Source of the DNA: Antedon mediterranea
Taxonomy: Eukaryota; Animalia; Echinodermata
DNA: 64,000 nucleotides
Assembly (NCBI RefSeq): GCF_964355755.1
Contig: NC_092675.1
Location: forward strand, 28,864,912 to 28,928,911
Reading direction: 5' to 3'
Shown: positions 35,523 through 48,962 of the stretch, one piece after another
How positions within the stretch are numbered: position 1 is the first letter of the stretch
Layout: every line of letters begins with the position of its first letter
Position numbers and translations under genes: made by a program
Notes under the pieces: model-generated
Seen by the model: the letters and a program-made list of their open reading frames with translations, nothing else
Database searches by the model: none
Told to the model about the DNA's origin: nothing

Positions 35523-37253
35523 ATGTTGTCACCATTTTTCCTGCTAAACTGTAAAATAATTATTATAGTTTTATGTTTGCAACAATCAACTAGTCTAGCA
35601 GCAGAAACAGGGCGTTTACATCCACCAGGAAGTCCAACAGTAAGCATACGTATTGAGAATAGAAATTATTTTGTTGGCCAAGAACTTCAAGCTACATGTA
35701 CATTTAAATCATTCAACAGGGAAGGAAGATTAAATAAAACTTACATTCAACTGTTACTAAATGATACAGCTTTAACAATTGACCAATCACAGATTGTTAC
35801 TATTTATGTAAGTAGAGATTACTTTATACAGGAATATAAAATAACAATATCAAAACTCACAGAGTCTCACACAGGATCATATAAATGTGGATATATAGAC
35901 GCTAAGGATTTAAATAAATCTTCTACACAAAACATTACAGTTTGGCCAATTCCAAAGGATCCAAACTGTACATCCTCACAATCATTCTATTTTGAAGGAC
36001 AAAATGTGACTTTAACATGTGAAGCTACAGCTTCATATCCAGATCTTGAATTGAGATGGAACTATGATAAACCAACTTCTAAAAATATGTGCATTAAAAC
36101 ATTTGTTGCTCATAACAATGATGATTTGGAAAACCGTTGCCTAATGAATGTACCGTCATGGAGCTCTAAAAGTTTGACTTGTGAAATTAAAATTTTATTA
36201 TTAAACCCTGAAGTGGTTATTGTTGATAACAAGTTTACATTAGGACAACAAGCAACATTGGAATGCATTGTGGGTAACACAAGTAATACTGTCCCAGAAC
36301 TCAACTATACTTGGATATCAGAATCTGAAAGTTTAATGAGAGAAATTGAACGAAATGCAAATCCCAATATCAATGGCAGTAGCAACAACAGCACAAATTG
36401 CCAACAATTTGGAGAAGACAAGATCCTAAACATTGAGAATGTGAAAGCTGATATGAACAATGCTGTTATCACTTGTGAGGTACAAGGGTACAATGTTATT
36501 GGAAGAAACTCAAGTATACTTACTGTAAATAGACTAACTACTGTAGAACCTACAACAGAAACAATTATGACAGAGAAAGAAGTAAGTAGTAATACAAAAA
36601 CTAAAAGTGGTAGAGTGTCCAATGACCCAGACACTGAATTCATTAAAACCATTGCTATAGTTTGTGGAAGTCTTTTACTGATATTTCTGATATACATTAT
36701 GGTTATTTGCTTCCGTCGTTTGAAAATAACTTCAAATCAAGATATCCAAGTTGGTACAAGTGTAACCCATGACAATGACTCTTATAACACAGTGCCATTG
36801 CCCATCAGTGCACCATTGACATCAGACAATACACAATCTTATGGTGATACTTGTCTCACTATCAATATAGAAGAGAACCCTGAATTCCATATTTATCAAG
36901 ACATCAATATAAATTCTGAAGATGTCACTGATGAATACCTAATTCCTCTGGCAATGGTTAAACAATTTGATGGCTCAAATTGTGAAGAAAATATGACATA
37001 TATTAAACAAACATGTGAAGGAATGGTTAATAAGTCAACAAGCAATTTGGAAGGTGACAACACAACAGATGATTTGTACACTCATCATGACATAAGCACA
37101 ACTTTTGATGATGTCACTGTATTTTTTGCAGAAGAGGTTAAAAAAGATGAAAACTCCAAACATACAGAACATGAAGAATACACCTACAAAGAAATTGTAG
37201 ATCCCATTAAAAATGATATAACAGATTCTTTTTATCTTGAGATTATTGAGTAA
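35523..37253 (+). CDS. R3: three-Ig receptor, type II, C-terminal ITIM (intact)
   Basis: Signal MLSPFFLLNCKIIIIVLCLQQSTSLA; GQELQATC..HTGSYKC; TM FIKTIAIVCGSLLLIFLIYIMVICF; ends SFYLEI-IE. Confidence 0.92.
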   Translation: MLSPFFLLNCKIIIIVLCLQQSTSLAAETGRLHPPGSPTVSIRIENRNYFVGQELQATCTFKSFNREGRLNKTYIQLLLNDTALTIDQSQIVTIYVSRDYFIQEYKITISKLTESHTGSYKCGYIDAKDLNKSSTQNITVWPIPKDPNCTSSQSFYFEGQNVTLTCEATASYPDLELRWNYDKPTSKNMCIKTFVAHNNDDLENRCLMNVPSWSSKSLTCEIKILLLNPEVVIVDNKFTLGQQATLECIVGNTSNTVPELNYTWISESESLMREIERNANPNINGSSNNSTNCQQFGEDKILNIENVKADMNNAVITCEVQGYNVIGRNSSILTVNRLTTVEPTTETIMTEKEVSSNTKTKSGRVSNDPDTEFIKTIAIVCGSLLLIFLIYIMVICFRRLKITSNQDIQVGTSVTHDNDSYNTVPLPISAPLTSDNTQSYGDTCLTINIEENPEFHIYQDININSEDVTDEYLIPLAMVKQFDGSNCEENMTYIKQTCEGMVNKSTSNLEGDNTTDDLYTHHDISTTFDDVTVFFAEEVKKDENSKHTEHEEYTYKEIVDPIKNDITDSFYLEIIE

Positions 37254-38067
37254 TGTATATAATATGTACACATGTAGGATAGGTTAACATTATTAGTACA
37301 TTTATTTTATACTGACCTAATCAGGTTAATTATGTTTTAATATAAAATTAAGTCGATTGGATGTTAACAAATTTCATGTTCGCCTTGTTGTGTTCATGAC
37401 AATAAAGATTTATCTTATCTTATCTTATGTAGTTTTTAAAATATATACTCAACTCGCCAAATTACAAGAATTACTACTATTTTATAATTACCACCACTAC
37501 TACTGGTTATACCTGTAAAAGGAAATAAAATTATATATAAATTATGTGTAGTTTTGATTTTAATTGTGCCTGCCTACACTTGTATTTCCTTCTTCCCATA
37601 TTTAGTAATTGTCAAGAGTTTTTCGGTAAAACCCCGATAATTTTTCTAATAACATTGAAAACTAAACTGTAACTGTATAGAAGTATGTCTCAGTTAATCG
37701 TTTGTTTTATGTTGATATTTGTGAAACAAATAAAAGTGAAATTCAAATAAACTTTACATATCTGGAAACAGGCTGATATACATAGATGATTTTTCTTACT
37801 TTTACCTGTTTTATCATCTGAAGATAAATGTATATTTACTAAGCAAAAATTGTGAAAAAAATGAAGTATACCACAAAATAATCTACAGGTAATTGATACA
37901 CTCAAATTGTGAATGAAATATAAATCTTTTAATACACAAAGTTGTTGGACACAGTGAGTTGAAAAGAATTTGAAACTAAAATAAATATTTATTGCATGTA
38001 TTTTTCATGTATACATGACAAATTGTCATAATCGCCAATATTTGTCATGCTTTTATTTTTGTTTTAT

Positions 38068-38697
38068 CAATATTCTAATATAATAATTTTGCACCATCAT
38101 CTGGGACAATTAAAATGGAGAATATTTCATAGGATTTCCAACTTTAAAAGAAGTTCTTGTTGACTATACTGTTACTGTCTTGTCATAATGATAAACCTAC
38201 ACCGTGCAATTTATAAAGATGTGACAACAGATGACAATAGATGAAGTGCACACAAAACAGTTTCAATGGGATATAAATGCATTTAAAGCATTAACCTTCA
38301 CAATTTGAACAGAGTACAAAAATTTAAAAAATTACCAGAATGTAGCAACTTGATTAAAAGAACGAGATTGATTGGCTGAGAATAAACCAATTACAATCAA
38401 ATGCTTCTAGCTATATACAACGCAACAAGTACAGTGACACCTAGCATCTTACTGTAAGACTCAAAGATTTATGTGATAGTGATAATGCTATTAAAGGAGT
38501 TCTTGCCATAGTTTTAATTCATACTTTACTAAAACTGGAATATACATTTAAGTCGCATCTTGATTGCTTTTAACTTTCATTCCTAATTTAAAAGAACTCT
38601 ATGCAGCAAGAAAAACAGGGAATATTGGAAGGTGCAGGGCTGAAGAGAAACAGAGAAAGGTGATGAATCTAGTTCATCTTACATCAATGTTGATGCA
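38068..38697 (+). promoter_or_regulatory. Upstream block of R4, duplicated before R7 (48297-48962); contains an inverted CCAAT pair
   Basis: GATTGATTGGCTGAGAATAAACCAATTACAATC at 38366 and 48587, with a third copy at 47068. Confidence 0.5.
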
Positions 38698-40319
38698 ATG
38701 TTGTCATCAAAGTCAGTTTTAGTGAACTTGTTAATACTATTTCTAACAACTTGCTGTTATTGCCAAGATTCCTATAGCTATGTACCTGAACCAAGTGTTG
38801 ACATTTCCATACCAGAAGGAACATACTTTGCTGGTAATAATTTAAATATTTATTGTGAATATAAATACATTGACAACTTCCATAAGAAACACATTGCACT
38901 TTTACACGATAGTAACATTATTGAGATACACTTTCTTGACTATAGAATAAATAGAAACATTTTTAAAAGAATATATGAAATGAGAAATATGTTAAGGAAT
39001 AACTCTGGATCATACAAGTGTGCATATAATACTAGCAACAAGTCTATTTTTCCATCCAAAGAAAAAGTTATTCAAGTTTGGTCAAAACCAGAGAATCCAA
39101 AATGCAAAGTTTCCCCACAATTCTATTTTGAGGGACAAGAAGTGACATTAATATGTGAAACCAGTGGTACATATCCAGAATTGACCTTAAAATGGGGATT
39201 TGATGAACCCACTTCAAAAAATCATGTTACAAAAAATGTAACCGCCATGAAAGATATTAATGGTTCTAAACATCAATGTATCTTAAATGTAAAGAGTTCA
39301 GTTAAACAGTGTCAAATCATTATTAAAATACATAATGTACACATTTTTGGTAATAATGTTACATTTGGTCAACCAGCAATATTGAAATGCATTGTGTCTG
39401 ATACGAATAATACCATTCCAGAACTCTACTATACATGGACATCAGAATCTAAAAGTTTAAAGAGATTAATTGAAACAGAAAAAAGCAATACAAGTTGTAA
39501 GAATATCAACGGTAACAACACAGATAATTGCCAAACATTTGGAGAAGACAAGATCCTAAACATTGAGAAAGTGACAGCTGATATGAACAATGCTGTTATC
39601 ACTTGTGAGGTACAAGGGTACAATGTTATTGGAAGAGACTCTAGTATACTTACAGTAAATGGACTACCTACTATAGAATTTACAACAGATACAATAACTA
39701 CTATAGAACCTACAAGATATAGAGCTACGACAGAAAAAGATAAGCACACTAGAAGAGAACTAACTACACAAGAAAATACAAAAACTGAAAGTAGTAGAAA
39801 CGACGACAAATTCATTAAAACAATTGCTATAGTTTGTGGAATCTTTTACTTATATTTCTGATATATATTATGGTTATTTGCTTCCGTCGTTGGAAAATAA
39901 CTTTAAATCAAGATATCCAAGTTGGTACAAGTATAACCTGTGACAATAACTCTTATAACACAGTGCCATTGCCCATAAGTGCACCATTAACATCAGACAA
40001 TGCACAATCTCACATTACTTGCCTTAAAGAAGAGAATCCTGAATTTCATATTTATCAGGATATTAACATAAATGCTGAAGACGTCACTGATGATTACCTT
40101 ATTTCTTTGAAAACATGTAACCAACATGATCAGAGCTCTAATTGTGAAGAAAATATAAACAATATAAACCAGGAACAAGCCTGTGAAGGAACAACAAACA
40201 ATTTTGAAGTTGACAACACAACGGGTGGCAGTGTTGATTTACACACTTATCATGACATAAGCACAACTTTTGATGATGTCACTGATGGATACCTAACTCC
40301 TGTAACTTGGCAGAGCTAA
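38698..40319 (+). pseudogene. R4: three-Ig receptor, type III; 1-nt deletion in the TM gives a 387-aa truncated product
   Basis: TGTGGAATCTTTTA here versus TGTGGAAGTCTTTTA in R3 (deletion at ~39841). The tail continues in another frame to 40319; out-of-frame SFYLDI relic at ~40395. Confidence 0.85.
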
Positions 40320-41550
40320 AACAGAGTTAAAAACAATGTAAACTTGAAAAACTATTTTACTAAAAAATGGTAGATTCCATTAAAAAGTACACATTCTTTT
40401 TATCTTGATATTATTGAATAAATGATTAGGATAGGTTAAACATTATTAAAACATATCTGAGTAGACTCTTTTGATTAGATTGTGGGTCACATGATATTCA
40501 ATCAATACCCCATTGAATCCATACATCATCAATTTGGTATATGGCCGTTGAATTTTTTTATATTGCCATTCATTTTTGTACAATGAGCAACAACCACATG
40601 CAATACAAGGATATGCTGCTCTGTCTGTAATTGTTCTTAACAAATCTTTTCGATTTGTTTAGGCCTTATACTAGCTTCTCATAAAATGTAGGTGTTTCAC
40701 CTCATCAAATTATTGTACAATTGCACTCATTATTTAGATAATATAAAATACAGCTACTACATGTAGTTACAAATACAGTACTGTTGATTATATCCTATAA
40801 AAGGATTAACAATTATATTCTTAATATGATGTACAGTTTAGATTTTATCTAAGACCTTAGCTCCATCTACAGTTTCTATTTCCTTCTCATATTTAATAAT
40901 TGTAATTATATGAAAAAGTTAATGTTAAGGGTTTTTCAAGAAAAACCAAATAATTTTTCTCATCAAACATCATTGAAAAATAAACTGGAACAATAAGCAA
41001 TGTCTGTTTTGTTTTGTGCTGATATTTGTAAAACAAATAAAAGTGAAAGTGAAATAAACTTTACATATCTGGAAACAGTTTCAGCCTGATACCTGGATTT
41101 TGTTCATATAATATCCAACATAAATCATAATCTCCAATATTGCTCTGCGCTTTAATGATTTTAATTAGTTTTGTAGAGAGCCCTATACAGAGGGCGCTAT
41201 ATAATTATTAAAAATACTGAAATGAGAAACTGATTCAGTTAAGTTACACTAAACTGCCTACAATATATCTGAAATTGTGAAGAATCAAATGTATATTTAT
41301 ATAAACACCAAATATATGATCAGTTCAAATGTTTATTTGTAAATGGTTTTGCTGTATAAATGTCCTTATTAACAACATTGTAAGATGATCTTAAGTTTTC
41401 TGTATTGAAATTATTATAGAGGGCAGTGTAGACTGCTACAGCTCAGCAAATCTCTACAAAGCAGTTGATCTCGACTAAGCAGTGCATAAAGTTGTTGTTT
41501 TTTATAAGAAAAATGCATATTTATCTACTTAACTGCCACGAAAAATTATT

Positions 41551-42500
41551 ATTGGAAGAGACTCTAGTATACTTACAGTAAATGGAATAATAATATCATT
41601 CCAGAACTCAACTATACATGGACATCAGAATCTAAAAGTTTAAAGAGATTAATTGAAACAGAAAAAAGCAATACAAGTTGTAAGAATATTAACGGTAACA
41701 ACACAGATTGCCAAACATTTGGAGAAGACAAGATTCTAAACATTGAGAAAGTGACAGCTGATATGAACAATGCTGTTATCACTTGTGAGGTACAAGGATA
41801 CAATGTTATTGGAAGAAACTCAAGTATACTTACTGTAAATGGACTACCTACTGTAGAACCTGTAACATATAGAATAACTACTATAGAAACTACAAGATAT
41901 AGAGTTACAACAGAGAATGATAAGCACACTAGAAGAGAACTAACTACACAAGAAAATACAAGAAGTAAGGAGAACAGTGACAATGAGACTTACCATGACA
42001 GCAACAGACATTTTACTTATATATTTATCATTGTTGCTATTTTTGGATGTCTAATGTTATTGATATTTCAAATCTACATTCTGGTTATTTGCTTCCATCG
42101 CTTTAAGGCTTCAAATCAAAGTGTACCTCAGGTTGGCACAACTCCACATACTATCGGCTATGTCAATGACTCTTACAACACAGTACCATTGTCCATCAGT
42201 GCACCATCTACATCAGACAATACACAATCTCATGGTGACATTATTTTCAATAATCTTACGAAAGAAGAATTCCATATTTATCAGGATATCAACACAAATT
42301 CTGATGACATCACAGATGACTACCTAATTCCTTTGACAATAGTTAAACAACATGATCACAGCTCTAATTGTGATCAAAATGTAAGAGAAATTAAACATGA
42401 GGAAGAAACTTGTCGAGGAAGGGTAAAGTCAACATAATCCGGAAGTTGACAACACAGATGAAATTGGTAATTTACATACTTATTATAACAGCAACTTTTG
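41551..42500 (+). pseudogene. R5: 5'-truncated receptor (part of D3, stalk, TM, tail)
   Basis: No signal, D1 or D2. Starts with an out-of-order fragment of the invariant block (41551-41586); D3/stalk nearly identical to R4; TM/tail like R6/R7; premature stop at 42435-42437. Confidence 0.88.
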
Positions 42501-44647
42501 ATAAATGTCACAGATGATAAATTACTCCTATCTATAGAACCATAGTCTGACTATAATAGAACCTAAATATATACTGTATTGAACTTGAAGAACACTCATA
42601 TAAAAGTAAAGATTCAGGGATAAGCCCACCTATTCTCAAAGGATAAGGAGGACACCCATTCCCATAGATTCCTCTTCCAGGACGGTGGTCAATGCAGCCG
42701 GTGGTCAATGCAGCCAGTACAGATCATTTTGGGCACATTCCTAAAGATCCTGAGATGACAGCCCTTTTCTTGAGTAATATATAAAATGTAAATATTTTGG
42801 ATAGATTAAACATATTATTAGCACATTAATAATTAATACAACATTTACTTTTTTTTCTGATGATAGTGTATAATAATTTGTTGGAGAGACACACCTTACC
42901 GGTGACAGCGTTTTGTTTAATGCTTTTGTCTTTCCTCGGCCTCGTGTCTTGTTTTTCATATATATATATATATTTCTATGTTTTTCGTTTTTGTTTTTGT
43001 TTTTTTTGTTGTAATTATTATTTTATGTTTATTGCCGAAATGAATAAAATAAATAAATAAATAAATAAGGAACTGCTTATTTGTGAAAAAGATTGTATAA
43101 ACATTTCATGCAAATTAACAATAAAAACTAAACTGTAGAAGTCACTGGTATCTTTAAATTGTTTTGTTTACTTCTTTTGCATGTTGATGTTTCTAACAAA
43201 TAAAACTGAAAGTGAAATAAAGTGTAGACATCTGACGACAGTTTTAGACTAACATTTGTTTAAACTATTGCTGACATCATATTACTCATACATTTTTTAA
43301 ATTATTATTTGTTCAGCGGCAAAACCATCAAATTATTTTTATTTAAAATGTTTGAATTTTAGTGGAATATTCAAAGATTTTAAATAAAAATAAAGAAACA
43401 AAACTTTGGAACTTATTATAACAACTTAACTCCAGTAAATTTTGCATCTCAGTATATGTGCAGGATTTATTTTTAGGGGTGTACTTTGCGAGGGGAGCGA
43501 GTAAAAATAGATAAAAAAATTAATAAAAATATATACATTCTGAATAAATCAGTGATAAAAAATAAACTCTCTATGACTAATAGTTTTTGAGAAATGGTAA
43601 TATTAAATGTAATTTCACCCTAAGTTACATATTTAAGCTAATTTGCATATCATCGGGATGAGTGCAAATAATACAAATAATTGTTTTCTATGAGTTTAAT
43701 GTGGAAAATATGTTCATTTGTTGACTAAAAATGCTCTCTCTATTCAATATATTAAATACAGAAAACATTTAATTATTTCTTAACACATCTACTACATTAG
43801 ATCAGTATTTCATTGTTCATTTCGGTTTCAGTCATAAACACAAAACCTGACACTGCCATCATGAGTTGATGTCAATCAAACCACAACAAAAAGGCGGTGC
43901 TATATGATTTTGGCTGAACAATTATAGATGGCGCACTATAGGTTTGCTTTTACAATGGCATACTATTTTTCCATTAGAACTGTTGCGAGATAAAGCAACT
44001 CAAAATGTTTACAAAGAAAAAGTGGGGGGGGGGGGAGGAGTTGGGGGTTTTTCGTAATAAGCTGTGTTCATCAGCTGATTTTATTTTATTTTATTTTATA
44101 CACTTTTACTATATCTTGTTTTGTATTCATTGTGTAAAGTAATGATCTACTGTATGTATCGATGTAAATTGGGGGGGGGGGGGGGGGTAGGATAGGGGTT
44201 GATAGTTGCTTTTGCCTTTTTTTACTTTTCTGTTAATTGTTATATTTTATATTGTGAAGGATGCACCTTTGTGGTAAGTGTGCCACCGATCTAAAGGTGT
44301 AAATCCAAATAAATAAATAAATAAATACAAGCTGATTATCAAACGGAAGTAATTGAACATCACATACAAATTATCAATGCCATGTGATATGAAATCAACC
44401 AATAAGGTGGCAAAGATATACGTAAGTTTGTTATAAATTTAACTACTCTACCATGATCTAAGCAGTGACAATTGAAGAACAAAACAAGAATTGTGTCCAA
44501 ATTTTCTTGGGAAAATTAGAATAACACTGACAGTATATAAAGTTTACATGCTATTTTAATGAATCAATTGTGTATGAAAGCCTTTACTGTAAATACTCAA
44601 GTGGACTAGCTGCTGCAATTTGTTGTTTATAGATTAAACTGAATACA
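42480..44647 (+). repeat. Segmental duplication unit (3' flank of R5 to upstream of R6), paralogous to 53979-55995; its 5' part also occurs at 60845-61470
   Basis: Long colinear matches, e.g. GGGATAAGCCCACCTATTCTCAAAGG.., CATAAACACAAAACCTGACACTGCCATCATGAGTTG and TTGTTGTTTATAGATTAAACTGAATACAATG. Confidence 0.9.
44015..44325 (+). mobile_element. Retroposon 3' fragment with (AAAT)n tail inserted upstream of R6
   Basis: Absent from the R8 paralogous flank (GTTTACAAGCTGAT); flanked by a TACAA duplication; stem-loop then (AAAT)n. A similar insertion lies at ~42876-43063. Confidence 0.65.
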
Positions 44648-46231
44648 ATGAACAGGAATCGTGGACTAGATACAATGTTGTTTCAATGCTTTTCAACAAT
44701 ACAACTTGGAAAATTATTTATGGTTACTTGCTATTTACATGTTGTTTCATCTGAGCAAACACACCAACCATTTATAAAAGAGGAAATCCCAAAAATAAGC
44801 ATAAGTACTGAAGATAAGACTTATTTTGCTGGCCAAGAACTTACTTTCACTTGTGAATTTGAATGGTTTCAAACACGTATCCACCAAATAGACATACAGC
44901 TTTCACAAAATGGTTCTTTTTTACCTAAAGATTCAGTTAAGATTGTTACAGGTTTCTCAACTGGGGATTACAGTATACAGGATTTTACAGTAATAATTTT
45001 AAATCTCACAAGGTCTCACACGGGATCATACAAATGTGTCTATGATAATGGTATGTATGTAATATCTGAGCAAGAGAAATCAGTTACAGTTTGGCCAATT
45101 CCAGTGAATCCTAAATGTACATCTTTGCAGCCATTTTATTTTGAAGGACAAGAAGTTAGCATCAAATGTGAAGCTATTGCTACATACCCAAACATTAAAC
45201 TAATATGGATCTCAGATAATGGCACTTATAAAAATCATCACATCATAACATTCTTTGCTAAAAAAGACATGAATGGGTCTGAATATCGATGTTTAACAAA
45301 TGTACCATCATGGAGCTCAAAAATATTTGATTGTAAAATTACAATTTTTGTCACAAATATTGAGATTGTTGTTGAAAATAATTTTACGTTGGGACAACCA
45401 GCAACATTAGAATGCATTGTGGGTAACACCACTCAAGTACTCAACTATACTTGGACATCAGAAAAAAGTAGTTTAAAAAGAGGAATTAAACAAAATCCAA
45501 ATTGTACAAATATCAATGGTGGTAGCAGCAAAAATACCAACTGTCCAACATTAGGTGATGAGAAGATACTGAAGATTGAGAAAGTGACAGCTGATATGAA
45601 CAATGCTGTTATCACTTGTGAGGTACAAAGGTACAATGTTATTGGAAGAAACTCTAGTATACTTACTGTAAATGAACTACCTACTGTAGAACCTACAACA
45701 GATACAATAACTATAGAAACTACAATTCTGAAAACTAAGCAAACTAGAAATGGACTAAATACACACAAACCTACAAATACTGATCATAACAATAACATTC
45801 AGAGTGGCAATGACAATAACAATATGATTTATGTCATCTTTGCTATTTTTGGATCTCTGATGTTATTGATATTTCAAATCTACATTCTGGTTATTTGCTT
45901 CCATCGTTTTAAGGCATCAAATCAAAGTGTTCATCAGGTTGGTACAACTCCACCTACTATCAGCTATGTCAATGACTCTTACAAATCAGTGCCATTCTCC
46001 ACAAATGCACCATCTACATCAGACAATACACAATCCCATGGTGACATTATTTTCAATAATCTTAAGAAACAAGGGAATGCTGAATTTCATATTTATCAGG
46101 AAATCAACACAACGTCTGATGACATCACTGGTGACTACCTAATTCCTTTGACAATAGTTAAACAATTTGATCACAGCTCTAATTGTGAACAAAATATAAA
46201 AGATATTAAATACAAAGAAACAAGCCTGTGA
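44648..46231 (+). CDS. R6: three-Ig receptor, type IV; tail shortened by a +1 frameshift near 46220 (527 aa)
   Basis: Open ORF with signal, three Ig domains and TM IYVIFAIFGSLMLLIFQIYILVICF. GAAACAAGCCTGTGAA here versus GAACAAGCCTGTGAA in R4; the rest of the tail is out of frame to ~46420. Confidence 0.88.
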   Translation: MNRNRGLDTMLFQCFSTIQLGKLFMVTCYLHVVSSEQTHQPFIKEEIPKISISTEDKTYFAGQELTFTCEFEWFQTRIHQIDIQLSQNGSFLPKDSVKIVTGFSTGDYSIQDFTVIILNLTRSHTGSYKCVYDNGMYVISEQEKSVTVWPIPVNPKCTSLQPFYFEGQEVSIKCEAIATYPNIKLIWISDNGTYKNHHIITFFAKKDMNGSEYRCLTNVPSWSSKIFDCKITIFVTNIEIVVENNFTLGQPATLECIVGNTTQVLNYTWTSEKSSLKRGIKQNPNCTNINGGSSKNTNCPTLGDEKILKIEKVTADMNNAVITCEVQRYNVIGRNSSILTVNELPTVEPTTDTITIETTILKTKQTRNGLNTHKPTNTDHNNNIQSGNDNNNMIYVIFAIFGSLMLLIFQIYILVICFHRFKASNQSVHQVGTTPPTISYVNDSYKSVPFSTNAPSTSDNTQSHGDIIFNNLKKQGNAEFHIYQEINTTSDDITGDYLIPLTIVKQFDHSSNCEQNIKDIKYKETSL

Positions 46232-48962
46232 AGAAATGGTTAAGGCAACAAATAATTTGGAAGTTGACAACACAACTGATGACCATGTTAATTTACACAC
46301 TTATCATGACACAAGCACAACTTTTGATGATGTCACTGATGGATGTGAAGAACAAGCCTGAAAAGCAATGTTAGATCCCATTAAAAAATAATATGACCAA
46401 TTCTCTTTATCTAGAGGTATATATAACATTTACATATTAGGATATGTTAAACATCAAATTTTAAACTCTTTAATATCATTGTTTTTATTTCATAAATCTC
46501 CTGAAGTAGAAGATGAAGTTGATTGTTAGTGAATATAACAATACTAAAAGAAACTAAAAACTACTATTTGAAAAGATTACAAATTAAATTCTTTAGTTTA
46601 TTTAGTTCAGCTTATAATCTGAGCTCCATCTTCTATTTCCTTCTTATATATAATGATTATGAAAAAGTAAATTGTCAACAATTTTAAGGTAAAAACTAGA
46701 TAATTTTTCTCATCAAACAACATTGAAAACTAAACTGTAACAATAAAAAACATGCCTGCTAATTCTTTTTTGTTGATATTAAAAGTGAATTAAACTCTAT
46801 ATCTGGAAAGAGTTTCAGGCTGATATATTTAGATGTTTTAGTATTTTTTAAGCAAAGATTAAAACAAATTATGTACAAAATATTCTAAAAGTAGAATTGA
46901 TACACTTAAATCGTTAAATTTGGAACCAATTATATTTTGAATACTATAAGTGTATTTTTCATGCATACATGACAAATTGCCAAGAACATTAATTGTATTT
47001 CTGATATCACTTTATGTTTTTAATTATTGAATTAAAACAAGTTGTTTATTTGGCACGTAAAGCATAAGATTGATTGGCTGAAAACAAACCAATAACAGAC
47101 AAGTGCTTTAGCTATATACAAGTATATTTGTACATTCACAACTAGAATTATCTTATTGAATTGTTATGATAATGCTATAAAAGACCAGTTCTTGAAATAG
47201 TTATTTCATTCTTACTAAAACTGGACTATACATTAAAGCTGCTGTTCACATGGCCTAGCTAGGCTAGACCTAAAGACCATCCAGCTACTTAGATAGTGCA
47301 TTTCTCTCTTTTTATCCTAATTTACCATAAACATATATTTAAAACAAAGGAATGACCTGGTTTAATGTTTTTAAAGTAATATTTAATCATTCTGTTTACA
47401 AAACGTTAACAATTGTAGGGAATGGGGCTTTAATTGATTGAATACAATTGTATACAGAGGGCGCTATATAATAATTGACTAGGCCTACTAATATGAAACT
47501 GATATTAAATAAAATAATTTTAAACTAATAAAAATAAAACTGCCTATAGCTGAAATTACAAAGAAACAAAACTATGTTTATTTAAATGTTATGTAAATAT
47601 CAGTGTTCTTGTTATTTAGTTTTATTAATTGAAGCAATCAAAGGGGACTACAGTAGTTGAAACAACTCAACTAAGTAAGCATAATAAATAGATATGAGGA
47701 CAAATCATACAGAGCAGCTTCCAGGGTTAGCACCGTACATTTCTTTAAAGTGAAGCAAATGTTGACTCTATATAAATGTTAATCTTTAATTTTAACTTTA
47801 TTTTTAACATTACATTTTTATTTGCTTTACCTATGGTGGTATAAATTACCTTTCCTGCAATTTTCTTCTGATATTTTGGATAAACGAAATAATATCTCGA
47901 TATTTCTAATTTCTTTTAAAATTCTTTTTCTTTCTTTATAAATTACCAGAAGAAAAAAAAAGAAAATATTCTAATATTGTTTTGCAGAATGTTTATATTA
48001 AAATGAATGTATAGTTTAATGAATGAAATAATGAGTTGGCATCGTATTTTCCGCCTTTGGCACGTCTGACATACCCATGTTTACTATTATAAATACTAAT
48101 ATTACCTGCTATTTTAATTTTTAAATAGCACCCTCTATGGTTTGATGTATTAAAACAAATATTATAGCACCCTCTATAGTTTGGACATGATTTTGTAAAA
48201 CCTCCCGATATTTTATTTTTCAAAGTTAAGAGGTCTGACTCACAGCATGGAAAGTCACATAATTTAGCCTAGCAAACAATGTGTATTAGGGTCTACCAAT
48301 ATTCTAATATAATAATTTTGCATCATTATCTGGGACAATTAAAATGGAGAATATTTCATAGGATTTCCAACTTTAAAAGAAGTTCTTGTTGACTATACTG
48401 TTACTGTCTTATCATAATAATAAACCTACACAGTGCAATTTATAAAGATGTAACAATAGATGAAGTGCACATAAAACAGTTTCGATGGGATATAAATGTA
48501 TTTAAAGTATTAACATTCAAAATTTGAACAGAGTATAAAAAAATAAATAATATTTACAGAATGTAGAAACTTGACTAAAAGCACGAGATTGATTGGCTGA
48601 GAATAAACCAATTACAATCAAGTGCTTGTAGCTATATACAACGCAACAAAAGTGACACCTACAGTAGCATCTTACTGTAAGACTCGGGCAAAGATTTATG
48701 TGATAATGCTGTAAAAGGAGTTCTTGTCGTATTTATTTATACTTTACTAAAACTGGACTATACATTTAAGTTGCATTTTGATTGCTTATTTTGATTGCTT
48801 TTAACTTCATTTCTACATTTGAATGTCATTCCTAATTTAAATGAACTGTATGCAGCAAGAAAAACAAGGAATGTTGGAAATTGCAGGACTAAAGAGAAAC
48901 AGAGACAGGTGAAAAATATAGTACAGTACATTTTATAGAAGGCATACATCCATGTTGATGCA

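Noticed and set aside
27565-46142. Alternate-frame + strand ORFs overlapping the tails (..RLLSAMITT.., ..LLSAMSMTLT..)
   Set aside because: Off-frame readings of paralogous tail sequence, with no independent coding evidence.
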